Assembly: GCA_028286645.1 (NCBI GenBank)
Contig: JAQBRF010000002.1
Span: forward strand, 122,518 to 186,517
Direction of reading: 5' to 3'
Source: Candidatus Nomurabacteria bacterium
GTDB taxonomy: Bacteria; Patescibacteriota; Minisyncoccia; Phycocordibacterales; UBA5272
DNA: 64,000 nucleotides
The notes below the pieces were generated by a model, which saw only the letters and a program-made list of their open reading frames with translations, was not told the origin of the DNA and made no database searches. The position numbers and the translations under genes were made by a program. This document shows positions 9,761 to 18,330 of this stretch, piece by piece (positions within the stretch are counted from its first letter, which is position 1; every line of letters begins with the position of its first letter).

Positions 9761-10693
9761 GTGAAAGCAATATTTGCGATAGGAGGACCCGAAGAAGCTG
9801 ACAAATCAAGCGAAACATCCCAAACAATGCCTTTATTTAAGGCGGCCGTGGTAGAAAAAGCTAATACAAATGAGATTGTAGATAGCAGCTCATCGAGCGA
9901 CTCTTTGTCTGTTACTTCCGGCGCACTCAGGGTCTCTACTGAAGATGCTGCAGATCCAAATAACGATACTATTAGCGTCTACGAAGTAAAACAGGGAGAC
10001 ACCCTTGCAACGGTTGCCAAGCTTTTTGGGGTTTCAAAGAATACTATAATGTGGGCAAACAATTTAAAATCTGAAAATCTAACCCCGGGGACTACCATTG
10101 TTATATTGCCGATTACGGGTATAAAACATACAGTAAAGAAAGGAGACACAGTGGACTCTATTGCAAAGAAATATAAAGCAGATGCAGATGATATTTCGGT
10201 GTATAACGGAATTTCAAAGAATAAAGAACTCGCTGTGGGGGACGTGGTAATAGTTCCTGATGGAGAAGCCGCTTTAGCACCTGCGCCTTCAACCAAAGGA
10301 AAACCAAAAGGAGGATCTAAATCTCCGTCGTATCTTAAGACAACTCCAGCTGGTTTCCTTGTTCGTCCATTGGCAGGAGGAATAAAGACTCAAGGAATAC
10401 ATGGACATAATGCGGTAGATATTGGTACTCCCGTTGGAACAAGTATAGTAGCTGCGGCTTCTGGAAATGTAATCGTATCTAAATCATCTGGATATAACGG
10501 AGGATATGGACAAATGGTCATTATAGATCATGGAAACGGAATTCAAACAGTTTATGGCCACTTAAGCGCGGTCTATGTATCAGCGGGAATAGTAGTTCAA
10601 CAAGGCCAAGTTATCGGAGCAAGTGGAAATACAGGACATTCAACAGGACCGCATTTGCATTTCGAAGTGAGAGGCGCCGCCAACCCATTCTAG
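9761..10693 (+). CDS. LysM-domain M23 family metallopeptidase (peptidoglycan hydrolase)
   Basis: Two LysM-like repeats (YEVKQGDTLATVAKLFGVS and HTVKKGDTVDSIAKKY). M23 signature HGHNAVDIG...GHLS...GNTGHSTGPHLHFEV. The true start may lie downstream of the annotated Met. Confidence 0.85.
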   Translation: MKAIFAIGGPEEADKSSETSQTMPLFKAAVVEKANTNEIVDSSSSSDSLSVTSGALRVSTEDAADPNNDTISVYEVKQGDTLATVAKLFGVSKNTIMWANNLKSENLTPGTTIVILPITGIKHTVKKGDTVDSIAKKYKADADDISVYNGISKNKELAVGDVVIVPDGEAALAPAPSTKGKPKGGSKSPSYLKTTPAGFLVRPLAGGIKTQGIHGHNAVDIGTPVGTSIVAAASGNVIVSKSSGYNGGYGQMVIIDHGNGIQTVYGHLSAVYVSAGIVVQQGQVIGASGNTGHSTGPHLHFEVRGAANPF

Positions 10694-10863
10694 TTTTTCA
10701 AAGAAAATTACTTCATATACTGCGTTGCTCGAAATTTTCCTCCATGCGCCGTACTATAAGTACGCCTTAGTCGTAAAAATTTCTCGCGCCTTGTATCTAA
10801 AGCAATTTTCTTTGAAAAAATCTCGGAATTTCTTCTGAAGGACCCACCTGATATACTTCTCAT

Positions 10864-11262
10864 ATGCAAAAAACTGATAAATTTTCCTTTATTTTAAAAC
10901 CTTCAACTATTCCAAATGCTGGAGTTGGAGTATTTGCTCTTCATGATATAGATAAAGATACGTACATGGAATTATTTCTTCCTGACTTTGAAGAAGAGAT
11001 TTTAGATATAAAGGATATCCCCGAAGAACTTCAAATGTACTGTTTAGATAGACAAGATGATAAATTACAATGTCCAAAGTATTTCAATCGAATGGATATA
11101 GGAAATTATCTAAATCATTCCGAAAATGCCAATTTAAAATGGGAAGAAGGAAAAGGAAAAGGATATTTTGCTAGTCGGAATATTAAAAAAGGAGAAGAGC
11201 TATTTTCAAACTATAAAGAACTTGGGGAGCCAGAAAATAAAAGAGACAATTATATTGCTTAG
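10864..11262 (+). CDS. SET-domain protein (putative protein-lysine methyltransferase)
   Basis: GVGVFA matches the GxG motif. NHSENAN matches NHSxxPN. GEELFSNY matches the GEELxxDY C-terminal SET signature. The 132-aa length fits minimal bacterial SET proteins. Confidence 0.55.
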   Translation: MQKTDKFSFILKPSTIPNAGVGVFALHDIDKDTYMELFLPDFEEEILDIKDIPEELQMYCLDRQDDKLQCPKYFNRMDIGNYLNHSENANLKWEEGKGKGYFASRNIKKGEELFSNYKELGEPENKRDNYIA

Positions 11263-11295
11263 AAAATATTTCTACATCTAACACCCCTGCTAGTC

Positions 11296-12852
11296 TTACA
11301 GCCTATCCTGATACAGTTTTGGCCTATATTGAAATGCTTCTAAAATATCCGCGTCTGTTATGTTTACGGATTGCCGCAGATCAGCAATTGTTCTAGCAAG
11401 TCTTAGCACGCGATGATATGCGCGTGGTGAAAGCGTATAGCTAGTTGATAACTTTTTCATCAAGTCTGTTGTCTCGCGCGTTAGTTTGATATGCTTCTCG
11501 AGATCTATAGCTTTCATGTCTTTGTTTTTGGTGATATGTATATCGCCTGCTTTTGCGAATCTTTCTTTAGCAAAGTTTCGAGCTTTTAGTACTTTCATCC
11601 GGATGGCCTCACTCTCTTCACCTATTCGATTGTGAGTAAGCGCATCATAATCAATATGTTGCACCGGCACCCAAATATCTATGCGGTCCATTATGGGGCC
11701 GGATAACTTTCTGGCGTATCTATCAATGTCGGATGGCTTGCAAATGCACCTCTTTACTTTGCTCCCCATGTACCCGCAGGGACATGGGTTCATAGAAGCA
11801 ATGAGCGTACATGATGCGGGGAATAGAAATGTACCCTTGGCACGGGACACGCTTATAAATCCTTCCTCAAGAGGTTCTCGAAGCGACTCAATTACTTTCT
11901 TATCAAATTCAGGGAATTCGTCTAAAAATAAAACTCCATTATGAGCAAGCGTAACTTCCCCAGGCCTAGGATTTGTCCCGCCGCCTACTAAAGATACATA
12001 TGACGATGTATGATGCGGCGTCCGAAAAGGAGGGTGGGTTATAAGAGAAGTTTTCGCATGAGAAACAGAATGGATGCGCGTAACTTCAAGGGCTTCCTCT
12101 CTTTCAAGCGGCGGAAGTATTCCCGTAAAAGCCCTTGCAAGCATAGTTTTACCAGTCCCTGGCGGGCCGTAGAGTGCAATGTTATGTCCGCCGGATGCGG
12201 CGATAACTAGCGCACGCTTTGCAGTTTCTTGTCCGCGAATATCTTTAAAGTCTAAAAATGAATCAGGCCGAGAATAAATAATCTCAGTATGAGGCTGCGC
12301 TGGTATAGAAATAATATCTGAAACTCCATCAATGGTTCCTCCTAAATGCAAAATAAGTTCCTTCAAACTACTGCATCCATATATAGTGATTCCATCTATA
12401 AGAGCGGCCTCTTCTGCGTTTGCTTTTGGGACATATAAGGATTTAATTCCATTTTTCCTTGCGCACTCGGCTATAGAAAGCACCCCCATCATTGGCACGA
12501 TGTCACCAGTTAGGGAAAGTTCACCCACAAACCACCCAATGTCCGCGGGTATATTTAGTTGTTTTGATGCCACTAAATAAGTAAGGGCGATAGGAATATC
12601 AAAATGAGATCCCTCCTTTTTAATATGTGCAGGAGAAAGAGATACTGTAACTTTATGATTTTCTGTCTTAGGGTTTTTAAGTCCTGTATTTTTTAAAGCA
12701 GCAATTATCCGGTCTTTGCTTTCATCAATTGCTTTGTCCGGCAGTCCTACAATAGTAAATGAATAGAGTCCGGAAGAAATATCAACTTCAACTCCTATTG
12801 GGTCAGCGTGGAGTCCTAATATATGCGCACTAGAAAGTGTGGCAACACTCAT
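11296..12852 (-). CDS. comM: YifB/ComM family Mg-chelatase-like AAA+ ATPase
   Basis: N-terminal Lon-protease-like domain. Walker A GPPGTGKTM. The C-terminal region is conserved across the YifB family. Confidence 0.9.
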   Translation of the reverse strand: MSVATLSSAHILGLHADPIGVEVDISSGLYSFTIVGLPDKAIDESKDRIIAALKNTGLKNPKTENHKVTVSLSPAHIKKEGSHFDIPIALTYLVASKQLNIPADIGWFVGELSLTGDIVPMMGVLSIAECARKNGIKSLYVPKANAEEAALIDGITIYGCSSLKELILHLGGTIDGVSDIISIPAQPHTEIIYSRPDSFLDFKDIRGQETAKRALVIAASGGHNIALYGPPGTGKTMLARAFTGILPPLEREEALEVTRIHSVSHAKTSLITHPPFRTPHHTSSYVSLVGGGTNPRPGEVTLAHNGVLFLDEFPEFDKKVIESLREPLEEGFISVSRAKGTFLFPASCTLIASMNPCPCGYMGSKVKRCICKPSDIDRYARKLSGPIMDRIDIWVPVQHIDYDALTHNRIGEESEAIRMKVLKARNFAKERFAKAGDIHITKNKDMKAIDLEKHIKLTRETTDLMKKLSTSYTLSPRAYHRVLRLARTIADLRQSVNITDADILEAFQYRPKLYQDRL

Positions 12853-12853
12853 G

Positions 12854-12890
12854 AGGAATAGTTTACAGTTTTCAGTTGGCTGTTACTAGG
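12854..12890 (-). promoter_or_regulatory. Conserved leader motif (AGTTTACAGTTTTCAG...CAGTTAC) just upstream of the comM start
   Basis: The same motif recurs upstream of the next two minus-strand genes at 13571-13608 and 14301-14340. Confidence 0.45.
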
Positions 12891-12940
12891 GAATACAGGA
12901 GGATTTTTTGTATAAAAGAATCTTTGGAAATTAAGCAAGC

Positions 12941-13570
12941 CTAATGCACTATGGCACTTCGCAGCACTAAGATGCTTTCAGTTGATGTGGCGAAAAGTAG
13001 ATAAGTAGAATTCACAAATGCGTATACTAGAGTGCTTGATGCAGAATTTCCCACTCGCATATTTTGATTATTTATCGTTACATCAGTAAATATAAAAGTA
13101 TCTTCCCCGATAAGCGGCCTCTCTTCTCCTAATGCATATGCTACGTCTCCCGCATAGTTATTTTCATTATTAAATATGTATGTAAAAACAGGTGAATATG
13201 AATTTATTGTTAAAGTATATCCATCCGGACTTCTTTTTACATTTGATATGAATCTTCCAATATTTTCTGGGAAGCCTGGCGATAAGCTTGGAAGAAGCGT
13301 GGTGTCATTAGCTTGAGGAATTTGTATAGGAACGACAGGCTGTGGCGGATTTAGCTTATTAATATAATATTCATATCCGAAATATGCCGCACCCCCTGCG
13401 ATTATTAATATAATTAAACTTAAAAGGATAAATACAAAAGAAGGGGTCTTTTTATCAGGCCGATTTCCTAAATCTCCCCCAGCGGAAGCGATGTCTCCTA
13501 TAGAAGCCTCTTTTCTTTTTATTTCATCGGCAATGTCGTATTCAAATGTATCTATATGAGGAATAGCCAT
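12941..13570 (-). CDS. Membrane-anchored hypothetical protein (209 aa)
   Basis: ORF track. One TM helix (FVFILLSLIILIIAGGAAYFGY) after an N-terminal cytoplasmic tail of about 40 aa. Confidence 0.5.
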   Translation of the reverse strand: MAIPHIDTFEYDIADEIKRKEASIGDIASAGGDLGNRPDKKTPSFVFILLSLIILIIAGGAAYFGYEYYINKLNPPQPVVPIQIPQANDTTLLPSLSPGFPENIGRFISNVKRSPDGYTLTINSYSPVFTYIFNNENNYAGDVAYALGEERPLIGEDTFIFTDVTINNQNMRVGNSASSTLVYAFVNSTYLLFATSTESILVLRSAIVH

Positions 13571-13615
13571 AGAAGTAGTTTACAGTTTTCAGCTGTCAGT
13601 TACCAGTTAATATAT

Positions 13616-13652
13616 AAATACTAACGGCGGCCTTAGGCCGCCGTTAGTATTT
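13616..13652. terminator. Perfect 17-bp-stem palindrome (bidirectional terminator) downstream of the NYN gene
   Basis: aaatactaacggcggcc tta ggccgccgttagtattt, flanked by A-rich and T-rich runs. Confidence 0.6.
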
Positions 13653-13677
13653 ATATTTCTGAAAAACTGTTTACGAA

Positions 13678-14298
13678 TTAAACTTTATCTTCCCCAGTGA
13701 ATATACCTAAATCTTCATCAGAAAACTCTGAAGTCTTTGACGAGTCAGGCTTCTTTGAAGTTCCTTTTCTTTTCGGTCCACGATGAGATCTATAACCGAT
13801 TAGGAATTTCTCGGGAGTGTCGCACATATCAATAAAGTCTTCACATGCTTCTCGCAATTTAGTTGATGAAGAGCGTCCGAATGAAATTACTTCAACCTGC
13901 ACGCCGAAATGTTCTTTTAAGAAGTTTACAAGCGGTACGAAGTCCCCATCCCCAGTGGCCAACACTATAGTATCGACTTTTGGAGCAAGTCGTATAGCGT
14001 CCACTGCCAGTCCGACGTCCCAGTCCGCTTTTTTACTGCCGCCGTAGAAAATCTGGAGATCCTTAGTCTTGGTTTCTATTCCAAGCTTAGTAAGCGCTTC
14101 AAAGAAGTTGGTTTCATCCCCTGCTTCGGTGGTAATTACGTATGCAAGAGCGCGGATTAGCTTTCGCTTTCCGACGGACGCACTCATCACTTCCCCGAAG
14201 TTTACTTTTGAGTTATATAAATTTTTTGCACTGTGGTATAGATTTTGAGTATCTATAAATACTGCGACACGCTGGTCGCCATGTTTTATTACTGACAT
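13678..14298 (-). CDS. NYN/LabA-like (PIN-fold) domain protein
   Basis: VAVFIDTQNLYHS and IVLATGDGDFVPLV are typical of the LabA/NYN (DUF88) family. Confidence 0.75.
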   Translation of the reverse strand: MSVIKHGDQRVAVFIDTQNLYHSAKNLYNSKVNFGEVMSASVGKRKLIRALAYVITTEAGDETNFFEALTKLGIETKTKDLQIFYGGSKKADWDVGLAVDAIRLAPKVDTIVLATGDGDFVPLVNFLKEHFGVQVEVISFGRSSSTKLREACEDFIDMCDTPEKFLIGYRSHRGPKRKGTSKKPDSSKTSEFSDEDLGIFTGEDKV

Positions 14299-14393
14299 AA
14301 TTATGGGTAGTTTTTAGTTTCCAGTTATCAGTTTTTAGTTAAAAACGTACAACAGAAACAATTTAATATTAAAAAAGAAACTATAGTTAGTTT

Positions 14394-14493
14394 ACCCCCA
14401 CACCAAAGTTTATACAACAAGTAACTCTTTTAGTTAATATAATTGGAAAGATTATTATTTTAATAACAAAAATTCAAACTTTGGTGTGGGGGT
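14394..14493. repeat. Perfect 18-bp inverted repeat pair (ACCCCCACACCAAAGTTT / AAACTTTGGTGTGGGGGT) around 64 bp of AT-rich DNA
   Basis: Shares the core CCCCACACCAAA with the inverted repeats flanking the GIY-YIG gene at 51993-52288. Confidence 0.6.
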
Positions 14494-14632
14494 TTATCAC
14501 GATATTTAAGAACGACTTAAATTGTTCCGGATACGAGGCGTGCAGAGGTTTTAGAAGGAGGTGTAGATTATACTACTTCAACTAATAAAACTGATAGCAC
14601 AACAAAGTAGATGGGATAATTTTAGACGCTTC

Positions 14633-14896
14633 TTATTTTAGCCCGAGTTTTTTGACAACCGCATCATAACGCTTTTTGTTTGAAGTTTGCAAATATTTCA
14701 AATGTGTTCTTCGGTTGGCCACCATCTGAATAAGCCCTCTTCTTGAGTGGTTATCCTTCTTGTGCACCTTAAGATGATCCGTTAATTCCTGGATCTTTTT
14801 ACTTAAAAGAGACACCTGGACCTCGGGAGATCCAGTATCCTTTGCGTGAATTTGAGTATTTTTAATAGCAATTGCCTTTTTTCGAGTTGTAAGCAT
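14633..14896 (-). CDS. rpsO: 30S ribosomal protein S15
   Basis: [35 protein letters not shown] matches the S15 consensus. Length 87 aa. Confidence 0.95.
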   Translation of the reverse strand: MLTTRKKAIAIKNTQIHAKDTGSPEVQVSLLSKKIQELTDHLKVHKKDNHSRRGLIQMVANRRTHLKYLQTSNKKRYDAVVKKLGLK

Positions 14897-14970
14897 AATA
14901 AAATTTAACTATGTCAATATTATATCATATATTCATAAAATTGCAAGCCCTTTTAAATACTTAAGGATAG

Positions 14971-15477
14971 TTAGGTTTTGGGAATTGTTAGCTTTAAGCC
15001 ACTTTTTTCGCAGTCGTTAAGTATGCTGTCTACCCAATCTTGAGTCACCATATAGGTGCTTCCGTAGATTTCTTCCGGAGTGCCTATATCAGTATCTAAA
15101 TGAGTGGTATCTCTAGGCAAGGTCCCGAGGGTTTCGGTCTCCCCTCCCCAATAAATAATTTCTTTTTTCGCAGACCAATAGATAAATGCATGGTCTAAAT
15201 CTTTCCCTTCTTTCTTCCTGTATCCAATAATACAAAATGAATTATCTTTCTTTCCCATTTTATTTTCGTGGATGAGATTGGAGATATATATCTTTAAATC
15301 AGAAAAAGAAGAATTATTTGATATATTTACAGTTTCAAAGTCTGTGGTTTCAGGATTGGAGGATGGTAACTTTTTGAAAGCCTGCTCCTTAAGAAAGAAA
15401 AATAAAAAAATGCCAGCAATCACTATAATAATAAATGCTGCAACTGTTCTTTTTTGGAAATAACGTCTACCAAACAT
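14971..15477 (-). CDS. Membrane-anchored hypothetical protein (168 aa)
   Basis: ORF track. N-terminal TM helix AAFIIIVIAGIFLFFFL, no recognisable domain. Confidence 0.45.
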   Translation of the reverse strand: MFGRRYFQKRTVAAFIIIVIAGIFLFFFLKEQAFKKLPSSNPETTDFETVNISNNSSFSDLKIYISNLIHENKMGKKDNSFCIIGYRKKEGKDLDHAFIYWSAKKEIIYWGGETETLGTLPRDTTHLDTDIGTPEEIYGSTYMVTQDWVDSILNDCEKSGLKLTIPKT

Positions 15478-15601
15478 GGCGAAAGTATATCATTATTAAT
15501 TATCATGAAATATTGTACGACAATGATATAATATAGATAGAGCAGTAGAGTATAGCGTTTAGAAATCTAATTTCTAACATCTACCCTACATACTTACCCC
15601 T

Positions 15602-16543
15602 ATGGACTCCCTTTTATCCCTAAAACAAGATTTTCTACAATATATTGAAATAGAAAAAGGAAGAAGTGCTCTAACTGTGCGAAATTATGATCATTACTTG
15701 AATCGCTTCCTGGAGTTTAGTAAAACAGACTCCCCTACTGAGATCACCGATCAGATGATGCGAGGTTATAGGGTGTATTTAAATCGTCTAGAAGCCAGAA
15801 AGCCGAAAAAAGGCCAAGCTGTAGAAACTTTAGATAAAAAGACTCAAAATTATCACTTGATAGCTCTTAGAGCTTTTTTCAAATATATGCGTAAACGTGG
15901 CGTGAAGTCGTATGATCCTGAACAGATAGAGCTTGCTAAAACTGGCGAGCGGGAATTAGATCTGATAAGCGACAAAGAATTAAATGAGCTTCTTAATGCG
16001 CCTGACCTTTCAAATATTTCTGGTCTTCGAGATAAAGCCATCTTAGAATTATTTTTCTCAACAGGCTTGCGTGTTTCTGAATTGTGTTCTCTTGATCGGG
16101 ACATGGATTTAACTAACGGAGAGATTTCTGTCCGAGGAAAGGGGGGGAAAATCCGCGTGGTATTTATTTCTGGAAGCGCTCGGGACGCGGTAAAGAAATA
16201 TATATCTTCTCGCGTTGATATTGATGAGGCTTTATTTATCGATCATTCCCCTCGCGCTCATTCTCGTATGGTGAAGGAAGAGTCGGTACGTCTCACTCCC
16301 CGATCTGTGGAAAGAGTAGTGAACAAGTACGCCGCTATTGCGGGGATTGCCAAGAAATGTACTCCCCACATAATTCGCCACAGCTTCGCGACAGATTTGC
16401 TGTATAACGGAGCAGACCTTCGTACGGTACAAATGATGCTTGGGCATGCCTCTATCGCCACTACGCAGATTTATACTAATGTGACGAACAAATTCCTCCG
16501 TGATCAGTATGAAAAGTTTCATTCGAAGCGTGGGAAGAAATAG
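15602..16543 (+). CDS. Site-specific tyrosine recombinase, XerC/XerD family
   Basis: N-terminal SAM-like domain. Catalytic region ...HIIRHSFATDLLYNGADLRTVQMMLGHASIATTQIYTNV includes the active-site Tyr. Confidence 0.85.
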   Translation: MDSLLSLKQDFLQYIEIEKGRSALTVRNYDHYLNRFLEFSKTDSPTEITDQMMRGYRVYLNRLEARKPKKGQAVETLDKKTQNYHLIALRAFFKYMRKRGVKSYDPEQIELAKTGERELDLISDKELNELLNAPDLSNISGLRDKAILELFFSTGLRVSELCSLDRDMDLTNGEISVRGKGGKIRVVFISGSARDAVKKYISSRVDIDEALFIDHSPRAHSRMVKEESVRLTPRSVERVVNKYAAIAGIAKKCTPHIIRHSFATDLLYNGADLRTVQMMLGHASIATTQIYTNVTNKFLRDQYEKFHSKRGKK

Positions 16544-16627
16544 TTTGAACTTCTGTAAAAGAGGAGTAATATTTACTGTGGACTTATAAATTACAAAGAA
16601 GCGTACGGAATCTATTACGGAGGCTCC

Positions 16628-16819
16628 ATGAACGTTACCGAAAGCGATAAGAATCAAGGTGGAGAAATAGAAACAGAATTGGCAATAGACTCGACACCGA
16701 GCGATGTTCCGCAATCCATTATCACTGTACCAAGTGCGGTGTATAAGCAGTGGGTTATTCAGTTTCCGCGATCTCCCATTCCTTCTGGCGGACCTCTCAA
16801 GCCCGGCGAAGATTTCTAG
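16628..16819 (+). CDS. Small hypothetical protein (63 aa) in the GC-rich segment
   Basis: GGAGG Shine-Dalgarno 5 bp upstream. Own rho-independent terminator directly downstream. GC content higher than the genome background. Confidence 0.4.
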   Translation: MNVTESDKNQGGEIETELAIDSTPSDVPQSIITVPSAVYKQWVIQFPRSPIPSGGPLKPGEDF

Positions 16820-16828
16820 AAGGAAAAA

Positions 16829-16855
16829 AGCGAGCGCTACCGCGCTCGCTTTTTA
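16829..16855 (+). terminator. Rho-independent terminator
   Basis: agcgagcgc tacc gcgctcgct followed by TTTTT. Confidence 0.65.
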
Positions 16856-16927
16856 CTTGTGTGTTTTCTTTAAAAGAGTACGCTTATAAATGAGCAGTAC
16901 ATGATCAATAGCTTACAAGGAGCGCCC

Positions 16928-17107
16928 ATGGCAGCTCATCAAGATTCACCAGATGGAAAGGTACACGTGGGCTACAAGGAAGTCCCTGTGTTCGATATCA
17001 AGAATGGCGTGAGTACTCCAGCTAAAAAACCGGAGGAAAAACCTGCGCCTGCGGCGCCGCAGGATATAACGCTCGTGACGCAGAAGCCTCCCGTCCTTAG
17101 GTTGTGA
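16928..17107 (+). CDS. Small hypothetical protein (about 59 aa; the start is probably the second Met of the tracked ORF)
   Basis: AGGAG Shine-Dalgarno 6 bp before the ATG at 16928. P/K/A-rich. Own terminator downstream. Confidence 0.35.
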   Translation: MAAHQDSPDGKVHVGYKEVPVFDIKNGVSTPAKKPEEKPAPAAPQDITLVTQKPPVLRL

Positions 17108-17124
17108 AAGTTTGAGGCTAAGTT

Positions 17125-17149
17125 AAGGCGGCTAACCCCGCCTTTTTTA
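17125..17149 (+). terminator. Rho-independent terminator
   Basis: aaggcgg ctaacc ccgcctt followed by TTTTTT. Confidence 0.6.
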
Positions 17150-17223
17150 TTTGTGTTTATTTCAATATGATGTAGGCTTTGGGATAAAGCATCATCCTGA
17201 AAACCCAAATGAAGGAGGGGGCA

Positions 17224-17432
17224 TGGCGATCATCGATACTAAGGACTCGCTTGAACCGTGGGACTTTCTTGGGCCGGATGTATCCGGGCCCGGCAGTCTG
17301 AAGGATGCAATACGGACGGACGAAGAAGGGGGTCGTGGGGTGGAGAGGGTTTCATTTCATGGGCAGTCTCCGCTCCATCCTGTGGATTCCGAAGACACCC
17401 TTCGCCCGCGCGATATTTTCGCAGGCGAATGA
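17224..17432 (+). CDS. Small hypothetical protein (about 69 aa) in the GC-rich segment
   Basis: AGGAGGG Shine-Dalgarno before the ATG at 17224 (internal Met of tracked ORF 17151..17432). Weak hairpin plus T-run downstream at about 17440-17470. Confidence 0.3.
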
Positions 17433-17465
17433 CGCGAGTAAGGCTGGGCCTAGTGCCCGGTCTTT

Positions 17466-18209
17466 TTATTCTTTACTTATTGACCACATTAGTTTAAACC
17501 AAGTACGAAATGTTTCTGCTATGTAAGGGTTTACTATAACTGTGAAAGACATCTTTTTATTTATTTCTCCTAATGGCAATTCCGGAAAAATCACAACATA
17601 ATCTCCAAATGTTTCTATAACTGCTGGTGCCGAATGCCCTTTGGGTAGAAATCGCCGGTTGCTTTTAACTTTTAATATTTCTAAATTCTTTTCTTTAACC
17701 TCACAATCAAATAAGAAGTTAAATTTAATTTCCTTCTTTCCCGCTTCACTCCAAAACCATTTCATAAAGCTTTCTAATTCTCCGCTCCCCCAGCCGCCCT
17801 TGGCCCCTATCGTGTAAACTTGCTCTCCGACCCTTATGATATCTCGTAAGTAATTTTTCCATCCTTCTATCCCACGATAAATAAAAACCGACTCATTATG
17901 AGGCTTTGAAGAATACTTTTCATAAAGTCCCGGCAAGACACTTTCTAATGCTTTCTCTTTTTCCTTAAGCATCTCCATTAACTTATTAGGATCTACTGCT
18001 TGGTATAGATTCTCATTGTGCTCGCGGATCTCAAATATTAAACCTTTTTCTATTAATCGGGATAAGGAGTCATATACGTTACGCCTGTTTATTTCCGCCT
18101 TATTTGCTATTACCGCAACAGAAGATTCTCCATTTTCTAATAAAGTTTCATAGATCTTCGATTCATTTTTTGATAACCCAACTTGGCTTAAAATATTAAT
18201 ATTATCCAT
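17466..18209 (-). CDS. TrmB-family transcriptional regulator (winged HTH + C-terminal domain)
   Basis: N-terminal LGLSKNESKIYETLLENGESSVAVIANKAEINRRNVYDSLSRLIEKGLI is a TrmB-type wHTH. Length about 250 aa. Divergent from a LivK-type substrate-binding protein gene. Confidence 0.75.
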   Translation of the reverse strand: MDNINILSQVGLSKNESKIYETLLENGESSVAVIANKAEINRRNVYDSLSRLIEKGLIFEIREHNENLYQAVDPNKLMEMLKEKEKALESVLPGLYEKYSSKPHNESVFIYRGIEGWKNYLRDIIRVGEQVYTIGAKGGWGSGELESFMKWFWSEAGKKEIKFNFLFDCEVKEKNLEILKVKSNRRFLPKGHSAPAVIETFGDYVVIFPELPLGEINKKMSFTVIVNPYIAETFRTWFKLMWSISKE

Positions 18210-18330
18210 TCTAGTTCGTTATGGCCTTGTATATCACCATATGGCCATATATGCCACTCGGACTAAATATACTACGCTTACCATGTTTATACAAGCGCTT
18301 ATTTTTAAAGGCGATTAACATCACAAAACC

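Noticed and set aside
16232-16714. 160-aa minus-strand ORF overlapping the Xer-type recombinase gene
   Set aside because: Antisense to a recombinase with an intact catalytic region. Spurious.
17151-17470. GC-rich patch considered as an SRP RNA, RNase P RNA or tmRNA gene
   Set aside because: None of the conserved boxes was found. Missing are the SRP domain IV GGAA/AGCAG motif, the RNase P AGGAAAGTCCGGGCTC motif, and a tmRNA tag reading frame with a CCA-proximal T-arm. A strong Shine-Dalgarno site precedes an ORF instead.
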